Made by a program: the position numbers and the translations under genes
Shown: positions 1 through 6,905 of the stretch, piece after piece
Layout: every line of letters begins with the position of its first letter
How positions within the stretch are numbered: the stretch's first letter is position 1
Notes under the pieces: model-generated
Database searches by the model: none
What the model was told of the DNA's origin: nothing
Seen by the model: the letters and a program-made list of their open reading frames with translations, nothing else
Virus record (IMG/VR): IMGVR_UViG_2609459832_000001
Location: 1-8,258 of that record
Source: a virus
Taxonomy: Monodnaviria; Loebvirae; Hofneiviricota; Faserviricetes; Tubulavirales; Inoviridae
Reading direction: 5' to 3' (one strand)
DNA length: 8,258 nucleotides

Positions 1-215
1 AAAAAAGAAAGCGTCTTATAGCCAGGGAAAGTTATAAGACGCTCCGGAAAAGCCAGGGAATTATAGGAGGCACGTCTCAACCAATGTTATGTCCGTCTCA
101 GCATGTACCATGCCCACTGCTACATAACAGGGTGCGAAAATCATAACGAGTAAAACATTACCGCCGATAACACATCAGGGCCTGTGTTTGAAAATTCCGG
201 CTCAAAAACGGCCTG
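1..215. repeat. Copy A of a ~260-bp repeat unit; a diverged second copy (B) lies at 7953-8208. Shared blocks include aaagaaa(g/a)cg(t/c)cttata..gggaaagttataa at the left end and ttgaaaattccggctcaaaa(a/g)acggcct at the right end.
   Basis: Direct comparison of 1-215 with 7953-8208: conserved blocks at both ends, a 10-bp-stem hairpin at 11-42 (gcgtcttata / tataagacgc), and two CGTCTCA motifs 21 bp apart (73-79, 94-100; in copy B 8032-8038, 8053-8059). Confidence 0.7.
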
Positions 216-436
216 TCAGTCATCAATTTCATCAAACGACTTCATCACTGACTGTCCGACTCACGTCTTGCGCCGTTCGTCTCGGTGACTGCCCGCTAAA
301 AGGCGGTCTGGCAGGCGGCGCGCTGCGCTGTTTCCTGCTGCTCTGTCATCTCTCCCCGGTTTCGGCGGGCTGACATCTGCGTCACATGAAACTTCATCAT
401 GCCGCCTTACATGTCCTGACGGACATCATCACACAC

Positions 437-1657
437 TCAGACCCGCCGGGCCTGAAGAACGACGATGATATCGGTTTTCGCACGTTCATCAGAGTCTGAA
501 CCAAACACATCCGGCAGAAATGAAAGCCCTGTCCGCGCCTTTGATGTCTTGTTCTCCGCCAGTCCGCCCAGCACAATGATATCACCGTCATTCAGACTCA
601 CCGACGTGGACACCTCGCGCTTTATCAGCGTTGGCGTGTTATTCACCCCCGTATCCGTTTTTGCAAAGTTACTCAGCTGCTGAACGATATCCAGACCTAT
701 CACATCCTGCGTCACGGTGGGTTTTACCCGAAAAATAGCCCCGCTGCTGCGGTATTCCACGGACTGCACCGGAACCTTATCCTGCCATGACACCGATGAC
801 AGAACCGGCACATCAGACCCCACGCTGAAAACCGCCTCCTTACCGGAGATAACGCGCAGACGTGGCGAACTGACCACCTGAAAACGGCTGTCTGTCCTGA
901 ATAACTCATACATTGCATCAACAGACCCCGTGCTGAGACGAATAAAGTTATCCAGCCCCGATGCGCTGCTCATGGTGATACTGAAACGCCCGGACAAAAG
1001 CTCTGCAGCCAGCGCCAGACCTGAACCGTTACGCTCACTGGTCTGGACCTCAAACACATACCCGGCAACCGAAACCTCCTGTGCCCTGACGTCAATCTGC
1101 GGCAGAAGCTGCCGGACAAGCTCCACTTCCCGGGCCGTTCCCCGGAACACAAACACATCCCCGGATGCACTGATGAACCGGGTACCACTGCTGACCGCCT
1201 GCCATGTCTGCTCACCGTTTGCCCCCTGAACCGGCTGTTGTGCGGCCGGAAGCTGACCCAGACCGGAAAGCGCCTGATGCAGATACTCCACTGTCCGGTA
1301 ACGGGGCGTGTAAACAAGGGATTTCAGCGGCTCCTCTGGTGCGGCAGGTGTATGACTGTAAATATAATCAACGCCCTTTTTACGGCTTATCCTGATATTC
1401 ATATTACCGAGATAACGGGTAATAAATTCCCGTTCATCGATATCCGGTGAAATATGCAGCGTGACGGCCCGCGGGTCATTGACCAGTTCAGGGGCCAGCA
1501 TGAACGGTGTTTTCAGGACTTCCGTCCAGAGCAGCGTCACCGCATCAGGCAGGCTCATGCGGTTAATATCCAGTTCCGTCCCGGCTGAAAACGACGGCAG
1601 CGGGAATAACAGCGCCATTGCAGGCAGCACCGGGAGAAGTAATTTTCTGATATTCAT
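437..1657 (-). CDS. Filamentous-phage secretin (pIV-like outer-membrane export channel)
   Basis: 406-aa ORF with an N-terminal signal-like segment (MNIRKLLLPVLPAMALLFPLPSFSA) and a C-terminal secretin-like region (VSLNDGDIIVLGGL...SFLPDVFGSDSDERAKTDIIVVLQARRV). It is the last gene of an Ff-order cluster, starting 10 nt after the gI stop. ATG at 1657-1655, TGA at 439-437. Confidence 0.85.
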   Translation of the reverse strand: MNIRKLLLPVLPAMALLFPLPSFSAGTELDINRMSLPDAVTLLWTEVLKTPFMLAPELVNDPRAVTLHISPDIDEREFITRYLGNMNIRISRKKGVDYIYSHTPAAPEEPLKSLVYTPRYRTVEYLHQALSGLGQLPAAQQPVQGANGEQTWQAVSSGTRFISASGDVFVFRGTAREVELVRQLLPQIDVRAQEVSVAGYVFEVQTSERNGSGLALAAELLSGRFSITMSSASGLDNFIRLSTGSVDAMYELFRTDSRFQVVSSPRLRVISGKEAVFSVGSDVPVLSSVSWQDKVPVQSVEYRSSGAIFRVKPTVTQDVIGLDIVQQLSNFAKTDTGVNNTPTLIKREVSTSVSLNDGDIIVLGGLAENKTSKARTGLSFLPDVFGSDSDERAKTDIIVVLQARRV

Positions 1658-1666
1658 ATTCTGTCC

Positions 1667-2923
1667 CTATGGTGTGGTGAGAGAAACGGACATCCCCCCG
1701 GCACCGCTGCCGGACGAACGCGACGGGGAAGGTTCACTGCCTGACCCGCTGTGAAACGTGATGTGTTCGCCATCCAGTTCCAGTACAGTAAGCAGCCCTT
1801 CATACGGCAGTTCACTGCGCACAAGCCGCGTGACGTTGCTGTTACTGCGCAGAATAAAAACCCCCTGCCCGTTACCGTCACGCATATGACCGGAAAGCCG
1901 CCAGACACGGGAAAGCGGCAGTTCTGCCGGAGATGCGACCTGTGGTACAGGCGGCGCTTTTTCAGTGGTGATTACCTGTGGTGGTGCCTGCATGACCGTT
2001 GCAGCCGGCTCATCAGGTGTGCCGGAGAAAAAATCCAGCACAAGACGTCCCCAGAACCAGAAAAACAGGCCACCCACCACAACGGACAACAGTTTTTTAC
2101 GGCGCGCCTGTTGCTGCTCCTTTCGTTCCTCTGCCGTGAAGGTCTGCGACTCCCCTTTCTCCTGCCGCTCACGCAGCCGCCGGAACTGCCGGAGGGTTCT
2201 GCCGGGCAACAGAGAATACATGGCGCGCATATCACAGACCCGCTGATGCTCACCCGTTCCGAGCAGTTCCATTCCGTCATCAAACACCATGTTCGTCGGA
2301 TGGATACCGTAAAAGGACGGCGCATAAAAAACGCGGGATTCATTGGGACGGGAATTCGCCCGGGGAACACCGATATAAATTTTTGCCGAAATCAGGTGCG
2401 GCAGAAGCCCTTTCCGGCTGCCCGTATCGCCAAACTTATCCGGCATGCAGAGTTCCAGAATATCGGACACGACCGGGACACGAATACGATCAAGACGACG
2501 ACAGCGGACAATCAGCTCCCCCGTGGATTTAAATATTTTGCTGTCAACGGCGGATTCATCCTGCACCTGAATATAAACATCCCAGCCCAGTTTCCCGGAC
2601 TGTACAAACCATTTGTAATATTCCAGGTATTCCCGGCCGGAAGATGTGCCGTTAAGCCATGTTCCGACCTCATCCAGAAATAACGCACCAAACCGCTCCT
2701 TCTCATTTTCATCACAACCACGCCCCAGCGCCCAGAAATCTTCAGGACGAGGACGGGCCGGAAGCACGGTCACCGGATGCGATGAAGCCGGGTCCATTTT
2801 TTCAGTATCAAGCGGGTAATTTGCCGCAATTCTGTGTCCGCGACGGTAAAACTGTTTTGCCACCATGGAGCAGAACAGCCCCTTCCCGTTGCGCATTTTT
2901 CCTGTCACCCAGTAAACAGCCAT
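1667..2923 (-). CDS. Assembly ATPase pI / Zot-like protein, with a single predicted TM segment (LLSVVVGGLFFWFWGRLVLDFF) and a C-terminal extension
   Basis: The N-terminus MAVYWVTGKMRNGKGL matches recalled M13 pI MAVYFVTGKLGSGKTL. Conserved blocks: ALFLDEVGTWL (Walker B-like, M13 LLVLDECGTWF), KLGWDVYIQVQD (M13 KLGWDIIFLVQD), RCRRLDRIRVP (M13 YCRRLDRITLP). ATG at 2923-2921 follows the gVI stop closely. Confidence 0.9.
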   Translation of the reverse strand: MAVYWVTGKMRNGKGLFCSMVAKQFYRRGHRIAANYPLDTEKMDPASSHPVTVLPARPRPEDFWALGRGCDENEKERFGALFLDEVGTWLNGTSSGREYLEYYKWFVQSGKLGWDVYIQVQDESAVDSKIFKSTGELIVRCRRLDRIRVPVVSDILELCMPDKFGDTGSRKGLLPHLISAKIYIGVPRANSRPNESRVFYAPSFYGIHPTNMVFDDGMELLGTGEHQRVCDMRAMYSLLPGRTLRQFRRLRERQEKGESQTFTAEERKEQQQARRKKLLSVVVGGLFFWFWGRLVLDFFSGTPDEPAATVMQAPPQVITTEKAPPVPQVASPAELPLSRVWRLSGHMRDGNGQGVFILRSNSNVTRLVRSELPYEGLLTVLELDGEHITFHSGSGSEPSPSRSSGSGAGGMSVSLTTP

Positions 2924-2930
2924 AACACCC

Positions 2931-3290
2931 CTACTTCATTAAACCCAGTGTCAGTTTTCCGAGAATGAAAGCCTTCACCCGGAAGGCAAAATACAGCGAC
3001 CATGCGCCGGTAATAATATTCAGGCAGACCGGAAGGTTATCCGGAAACAGGCTGGACACGCTGATCCAGACCGGATGCGTGAATACCGGAGAGGTCAGTA
3101 TCAGGGAAGAAAACTTTTCATTCACGAAGGAAATAAAAACGCTGTAAAACCCATACCAGCCCCCGACCGTGGTCAGCGCAATCACGGACTTGAGGAGAAA
3201 AAAACGCAGGAGGCACCGGAAAATGAACGGCACCAGAAATATCATCATATCCTTAAAAAAGACGGTCAGTCCCATAAAAACAGCTGGCAT
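2931..3290 (-). CDS. Minor coat protein pVI-like (hydrophobic membrane protein)
   Basis: 119-aa very hydrophobic ORF starting MP, like M13 pVI. Its ATG (3290-3288) lies 2 nt after the gIII stop (TAAATATG), and its position between gIII and gI is the Ff position of gVI. Confidence 0.7.
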   Translation of the reverse strand: MPAVFMGLTVFFKDMMIFLVPFIFRCLLRFFLLKSVIALTTVGGWYGFYSVFISFVNEKFSSLILTSPVFTHPVWISVSSLFPDNLPVCLNIITGAWSLYFAFRVKAFILGKLTLGLMK

Positions 3291-3292
3291 AT

Positions 3293-4618
3293 TTACCTAC
3301 CGGATAATGATTTATCAACCAGGATGACTAATGACACTGCGGTGATGACATAAATAAAAAAGCGAATAACCTCCCGCAGATAACCGTCATAAATACGACA
3401 GACACCTTCCGTGGAGAGATTAAAGGGCATTTCCTCCCCCCCGAAAGGCCGGAATGAAAAACTTAAATCCAGTGGCACACAGACATCCCTGTTATTGCCG
3501 AAGAAGCCCTGAGGAATAATGCCGGAAAAATTAAGCACAGGCACATAATCTTCAATCAGGGGAATAAGTTCCTGAATCCGGTCCTGTACGCCCTGCTCCA
3601 CTGAACTTATACCGTTCTCAATAATCCCCTGCATAGTGCTGTTAAACTGCGCCTGAGACGAAGAGTAGTTTTTATCCGGCTCTGTCAGTGCGCCAAATTT
3701 TTCATCAATGCTGTGTAAATATTTCACCTGCCTTTCTGTCATATAATCCATGGTAACAAGGGTTTTATTCTGAAGTTCAATGTAGCTGCTATGAAAACTG
3801 TCTATTTTGTCTCCGATGGCAGGCAGTCCGGCATTCAGCAGATAATATATTTTTCTTCCCCACTCATCAGAAAGACCGTCACCCCCGTTTCCGGTGTTAT
3901 TATCATTGCCGTCACTCCCGGTATTTCCACCACCGGAATTATTACCGCCCTCGCTGCCGGAATTATTATCTTCACTACCGTTGTTATCTTCCTCATTACC
4001 GTTGTCAGGAACAATTTTCCCGTCCTCAATTTTATAACCTTCCCTTAAATAACAGGTGCTTTTATAAAGGCTCTGCCAGCCGGAACCATTGGGAGTGCAG
4101 GAGTAATATTTTGCGTGAGCGCGCAACTCAGATAAAGGCATAGTTTCCCGCGGGGGATAATATCCTGAAAACGAACCACAGATTAACAGCGGATTATTAT
4201 CACACTCCTGCCTCCTCAGTGTATCCGCAAGTTCAAGCAAATAGACAGCAGAAACCTGACCGGATACAGCGTTATCATTATCATCACCGGAACTGTTGTC
4301 CCCGTTGCCGCCGCTGTTATCCCCGTCACCGCCATCACCTTCCGAAGGCTCATAAGCTGCCACAGGGATCCAGTCAGCGGCGACATCACCTGTTTCACTG
4401 CCAACAATCACACCTGTCGCCCTATAAATACAGCCATCCAGAACGGCATACCATGTATTATCACTGCGAAACGCTCCGGAAAGTGTGACCCCCTGCAGCG
4501 CCGGGCGGGAAATACAGACCTCATCAGCTTCAGTTAATTTAAAAGGCACAAATGTTCTTGTGAATGATTCAGCAGATGAAAAGAACGGAAGAAATAAAAG
4601 CAGAAATAACAGCCGCAT
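3293..4618 (-). CDS. Adsorption / minor coat protein pIII-like: signal peptide, N-terminal domains separated by Gly/Asp/Asn/Ser-rich linkers, C-terminal membrane anchor
   Basis: 441 aa. Signal MRLLFLLLFLPFFSSAESF (M13 ...PFYSHSAETV). Block GCIYRATGVIVGSETGDVAADWIPVAAYEPSEGDGG resembles recalled M13 pIII N1 CLWNATGVVVCTGDETQCYGTWVPIGLAIPENEGGGS. Two low-complexity linkers and a C-terminal hydrophobic anchor (FFIYVITAVSLVILV). SD GAGG lies upstream of the ATG at 4618. Confidence 0.85.
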   Translation of the reverse strand: MRLLFLLLFLPFFSSAESFTRTFVPFKLTEADEVCISRPALQGVTLSGAFRSDNTWYAVLDGCIYRATGVIVGSETGDVAADWIPVAAYEPSEGDGGDGDNSGGNGDNSSGDDNDNAVSGQVSAVYLLELADTLRRQECDNNPLLICGSFSGYYPPRETMPLSELRAHAKYYSCTPNGSGWQSLYKSTCYLREGYKIEDGKIVPDNGNEEDNNGSEDNNSGSEGGNNSGGGNTGSDGNDNNTGNGGDGLSDEWGRKIYYLLNAGLPAIGDKIDSFHSSYIELQNKTLVTMDYMTERQVKYLHSIDEKFGALTEPDKNYSSSQAQFNSTMQGIIENGISSVEQGVQDRIQELIPLIEDYVPVLNFSGIIPQGFFGNNRDVCVPLDLSFSFRPFGGEEMPFNLSTEGVCRIYDGYLREVIRFFIYVITAVSLVILVDKSLSGR

Positions 4619-4631
4619 AATGACCTCTGAT

Positions 4632-4652
4632 AAAAAAGGGGCGCACGGCCCC
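4632..4652 (-). terminator. Rho-independent terminator between gVIII and gIII (stem GGGGC/GCCCC, loop CGUGC, followed by U6 on the minus-strand transcript)
   Basis: Plus strand 4632-4652 is aaaaaaggggcgcacggcccc; the reverse complement gives GGGGCCGTGCGCCCCTTTTTT immediately downstream of the gVIII stop (4676-4674). Ff phages have a strong terminator at the same place. Confidence 0.7.
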
Positions 4653-4673
4653 TGTATTATTAATTAAACAGCA

Positions 4674-4949
4674 TCAGGAAGATGCCATTCTGAAGAGGGA
4701 TTTAACTACGCGGAAACCAATCATTAAAGAAACGCCAAAGCCCAGTAAAAGAAATGCTGCGGTTCCCACCACGCCCAGCGTTGACAAAATGGAGTTCACC
4801 ACCGGGTCAATCATTGCTTTACTGATAACTGCCTGTCCGGGGGTATAACTCACATCATCAGCCAGAACAGGACCGGACGCCAGCATCAGGGAAGATGCAA
4901 TGACCAGAGGTTTTTTTACGAACGTAACTGCTTTTTCACGAACAGACAT
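4674..4949 (-). CDS. Major coat protein pVIII-like precursor (signal peptide plus ~61-aa mature protein)
   Basis: The ORF-track ORF 4674..5051 is trimmed here to the internal ATG at 4949-4947, which is preceded by SD-like CAGGAG. Product MSVREKAVTFVKKPLVIASSLMLASGPVLA|DDVSYTPGQ... has a signal peptide with an A-x-A-type cleavage site, an acidic mature N-terminus, a hydrophobic core and a basic C-terminus (RVVKSLFR). This is typical inovirus major-coat architecture at the Ff gVIII position. Confidence 0.75.
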   Translation of the reverse strand: MSVREKAVTFVKKPLVIASSLMLASGPVLADDVSYTPGQAVISKAMIDPVVNSILSTLGVVGTAAFLLLGFGVSLMIGFRVVKSLFRMASS

Positions 4950-4969
4950 AATATATAACTCCTGTATTA

Positions 4970-5128
4970 TTACAAAAAAGATGAAAAAAGTGTTTTCATC
5001 AGGGAAAACACATACCCGAAGCCAAAACCGGCAAGCCAGCTGATGGCCCATATACCAAAAAGTGCAACAAGCGGAGGATAAGAACCCACGCCGGATATTG
5101 TCACAAGAAAATTTGCCTCAGAAAGCAT
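4970..5128 (-). CDS. Small hydrophobic protein, pIX-like minor coat candidate (52 aa: MLSEANFLVTISGVGSYPPLVALFGIWAISWLAGFGFGYVFSLMKTLFSSFL)
   Basis: Hand-translated and absent from the ORF track (under 60 aa). Its ATG (5128-5126) overlaps the tandem stop of the upstream small ORF (TAATAATG), which suggests translational coupling. Hydrophobic; sits in the Ff gIX position between the gVII-like ORF and gVIII. Confidence 0.5.
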   Translation of the reverse strand: MLSEANFLVTISGVGSYPPLVALFGIWAISWLAGFGFGYVFSLMKTLFSSFL

Positions 5129-5130
5129 TA

Positions 5131-5232
5131 TTAACGCCTTCCCGTAATGACTCCACCAATAAAAGCCAGTGAAAATATCAGCACTGGCACAGCGCCAAAG
5201 AGAATAAGAATAAAAAATTCCGCTACTGACAT
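5131..5232 (-). CDS. Small hydrophobic protein, pVII-like minor coat candidate (33 aa: MSVAEFFILILFGAVPVLIFSLAFIGGVITGRR)
   Basis: Hand-translated and absent from the ORF track. Same length (33 aa) and same hydrophobic-core-plus-basic-end pattern as recalled M13 pVII (MEQVADFDTIYQAMIQISVVLCFALGIIAGGQR). Located immediately downstream of gV as in Ff. Confidence 0.6.
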   Translation of the reverse strand: MSVAEFFILILFGAVPVLIFSLAFIGGVITGRR

Positions 5233-5308
5233 AATCTCATTAAGGCGAATGATAATTACAGTTTTCTTTTCTGGGAGGAATTGTGTTTTTACGGAATTCC
5301 ATAACAAA

Positions 5309-5581
5309 TCACTTCTCTGAAATAGGAGTTAAAACAATTTTGCCAACGCGTAATTTTTGAAAGTCACCAACATAAATACTAGATGGATGCAACTCATATA
5401 AACCAGCCGCATATGGAGCCTGGCCTTGTTCAAGAGGAATTTTAAATAGTTGAGGGTAATCCCCACCGAGGAAAATATAACCAGACTGTTCAGATATCGT
5501 ATATGGTTTACCAGTGCTCTTAGAAACACCACTACGAGTATCTGCAACAGCTTGAGAAGGTTTAATTTCAATCTTAATCAT
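5309..5581 (-). CDS. ssDNA-binding protein, gene V protein homolog
   Basis: The 90-aa product MIKIEIKPSQAVADTRSGVSKSTGKPYTISEQSGYIFLGGDYPQLFKIPLEQGQAPYAAGLYELHPSSIYVGDF... aligns along its length with recalled M13 gVp MIKVEIKPSQAQFTTRSGVSRQGKPYSLNEQLCYVDLGNEYPVLVKITLDEGQPAYAPGLYTVHLSSFKVGQF.... SD AGGTG lies upstream of the ATG at 5581. Confidence 0.9.
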   Translation of the reverse strand: MIKIEIKPSQAVADTRSGVSKSTGKPYTISEQSGYIFLGGDYPQLFKIPLEQGQAPYAAGLYELHPSSIYVGDFQKLRVGKIVLTPISEK

Positions 5582-5594
5582 AATACACCTAATG

Positions 5595-6710
5595 TTAAGC
5601 TACACGTAAATAAGATGGCTTTATATACCAAGAAGGAATAACACAATCCGAAACAGTTATTTCTCTTGTTTGTTTCACAACAACAGGAGAGAATTTAGAG
5701 ATATTACATTTTTGAGCAATATCAATACCAATCTTCCTTAACCTTGCTCGATGTGTCTGGACTTGCTTTTTATTTAAATCAAAAATATGGCCGTGAAACC
5801 ATTGAATTGCATACATGGCTGTAGTATTGGCAGCACGAGTAGTGTCAACAACACCACGACTAATAAGATGTTCACTAATAGTTTCAAAGTCCATAGCATT
5901 CACCGATAACTTTTCATCAAGCTCAAGAAATTCAGAATGTAACTTATTTAACAAAGAGTAATCAGAAAGTCCCCAATAGCACATGGATTTTTTTTGAAGA
6001 AAACGAGACTTTAATTTTTGCTCAAACCTGACAATGCCGTTGTCCTTGCAGTAATTAATGACATCCATTATATAATTAAATTCTTTAGAATTCTCTGAGA
6101 ATTTATTTTTGATTTTCGCAAGGCTATGCAACTCAAGCTCATGAGCTTTGTTATATACTGTTGGGTATATAAGATTGACATTGCCTTTTTTTGAAAGCCA
6201 GTCAACGGATTTCCCATTGGAATGCAACCGTGGAATACTATTCCTGTAAGGTTGAGTAGAAAGACCTGATATATAATCATCCTCATTCCCCTTCCCTACT
6301 GATTTGTTTGATGTTATATGCAGTTCTTTAATTAAAGCACCATCAGTAATCAAATGAGCTTTTTCATTCTCTTTCGATTGTCCAGGCATTAACTTTGTAC
6401 ACTTGGTAAATAAAGGTAATTTCAGTTCAGTTAGAATCTGATTAAATACCATGACACAAGCATCTACAGTCGGAAACCCAAAAAGATTATCAAGACGTCC
6501 CCAGCGGGACGGATTTCCAGTCATTTTTAACACTGAACCACGGATCGAGATTGAAACAACATCACAGAAAGAGCCACGATGCTGGAAGGTTGGTTGAGAT
6601 AATGCGCTGGCCTCCCCGCTTTCAAGATGTATACGCTGATAAGCTACATCGCTCAGTATCGGCAACTGATAGCCGAAATCCTGTTCGATAGTTAACCAGT
6701 CGTAAAACAT
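5595..6710 (-). CDS. Replication initiation protein (gpII-like rolling-circle initiator)
   Basis: The large ORF immediately upstream of gV, in the Ff gII position. Internal block VRFEQKLKSRFLQKKSM resembles recalled M13 gpII VRFEARIKTRYLKSFGL. The ORF track begins at a TTG (6722); the first ATG is at 6710-6708 (MFYDWLTIEQ...) with GAGAG upstream, and that start is used here. Confidence 0.85.
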   Translation of the reverse strand: MFYDWLTIEQDFGYQLPILSDVAYQRIHLESGEASALSQPTFQHRGSFCDVVSISIRGSVLKMTGNPSRWGRLDNLFGFPTVDACVMVFNQILTELKLPLFTKCTKLMPGQSKENEKAHLITDGALIKELHITSNKSVGKGNEDDYISGLSTQPYRNSIPRLHSNGKSVDWLSKKGNVNLIYPTVYNKAHELELHSLAKIKNKFSENSKEFNYIMDVINYCKDNGIVRFEQKLKSRFLQKKSMCYWGLSDYSLLNKLHSEFLELDEKLSVNAMDFETISEHLISRGVVDTTRAANTTAMYAIQWFHGHIFDLNKKQVQTHRARLRKIGIDIAQKCNISKFSPVVVKQTREITVSDCVIPSWYIKPSYLRVA

Positions 6711-6763
6711 AGAATCTCTCAATCATTCAAGATGAGCCGCAAGGCTCAACACTGACACTTAAC

Positions 6764-6828
6764 GGTATCAATAATGATATTATCAAACATAACAGACGTC
6801 AATGGTATTGATACTAACAAATATCAAA
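6764..6828. promoter_or_regulatory. Operator-like cluster of TATCA/TGATA half-sites in the divergent gII / HTH-regulator intergenic region
   Basis: TATCA at 6766, 6781 and 6822; TGATA at 6775 and 6809. These form the palindromes TATCAATAATGATA (6766-6779) and TGATATTATCA (6775-6785), and the near-palindrome GTATTGATAC (6805-6814). The location between two divergent genes is typical of repressor operators. Confidence 0.45.
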
Positions 6829-6905
6829 ACTGACCCTACAGATTCAGCTATGAAAAATGGAGGTTAAAATTAAGACTTTGCAATCAGCATGAGAAGGCAG
6901 CAGAT

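Noticed and set aside
188-373. 61-aa plus-strand ORF with TTG start
   Set aside because: Non-ATG start, no SD, spans the repeat/phage boundary, and has an Arg/Cys-rich product typical of spurious ORFs.
398-426. Hairpin atgtcctgacggacat (411-426) just downstream of the gIV stop, and a 34-aa minus-strand ORF starting at 400
   Set aside because: The hairpin has no U-tract, so it is not a canonical terminator. The small ORF has no RBS and an unremarkable product. Left unannotated.
397-1395. Cluster of short ORFs on both strands (397-591, 465-683, 724-921, 930-1229, 970-1317, 1204-1395, 1238-1450)
   Set aside because: All lie inside the secretin gene in other frames or on the opposite strand; none has an RBS or a recognisable product.
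1461-1908. ORFs 1461-1754 (+) and 1654-1908 (-)
   Set aside because: They overlap the gIV start and the gI C-terminus in alternative frames, and their products are low-complexity or Cys/Arg-rich.
1751-2683. 310-aa plus-strand ORF
   Set aside because: Entirely antisense to the well-supported pI gene (which has clear M13 homology); no RBS and no recognisable motifs. Long antisense ORFs are common opposite GC-rich genes.
1965-2925. ORFs 1965-2246 (+), 1972-2370 (-), 2512-2721 (-), 2659-2925 (+)
   Set aside because: Alternative-frame or antisense ORFs within gI; no independent support.
2965-3353. Plus-strand ORFs 2965-3147 and 3075-3353
   Set aside because: Antisense to gVI and the gIII 3' end; no RBS.
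3791-4667. ORFs 3791-4048 (+), 3835-4029 (-), 4216-4407 (-), 4219-4488 (+), 4485-4667 (+)
   Set aside because: They lie within gIII, mostly over its low-complexity linker-coding repeats, which generate open frames on both strands.
4950-5051. N-terminal 34 codons of track ORF 4674-5051 (MGHQLACRFWL...)
   Set aside because: This extension overlaps the gIX-like ORF in another frame. The internal ATG at 4949 has a good SD and yields a typical signal peptide, so the shorter gVIII call is preferred.
5329-5641. ORFs 5329-5571 (-) and 5450-5641 (+)
   Set aside because: They overlap gV, whose product matches M13 gVp, in another frame or on the opposite strand.
6068-6286. 72-aa minus-strand ORF
   Set aside because: Out-of-frame ORF embedded within gII.
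6711-6722. TTG start for gII proposed by the ORF track
   Set aside because: The first ATG (6710) is 4 codons downstream and has a GAGAG SD-like element. The TTG start is possible but less likely.
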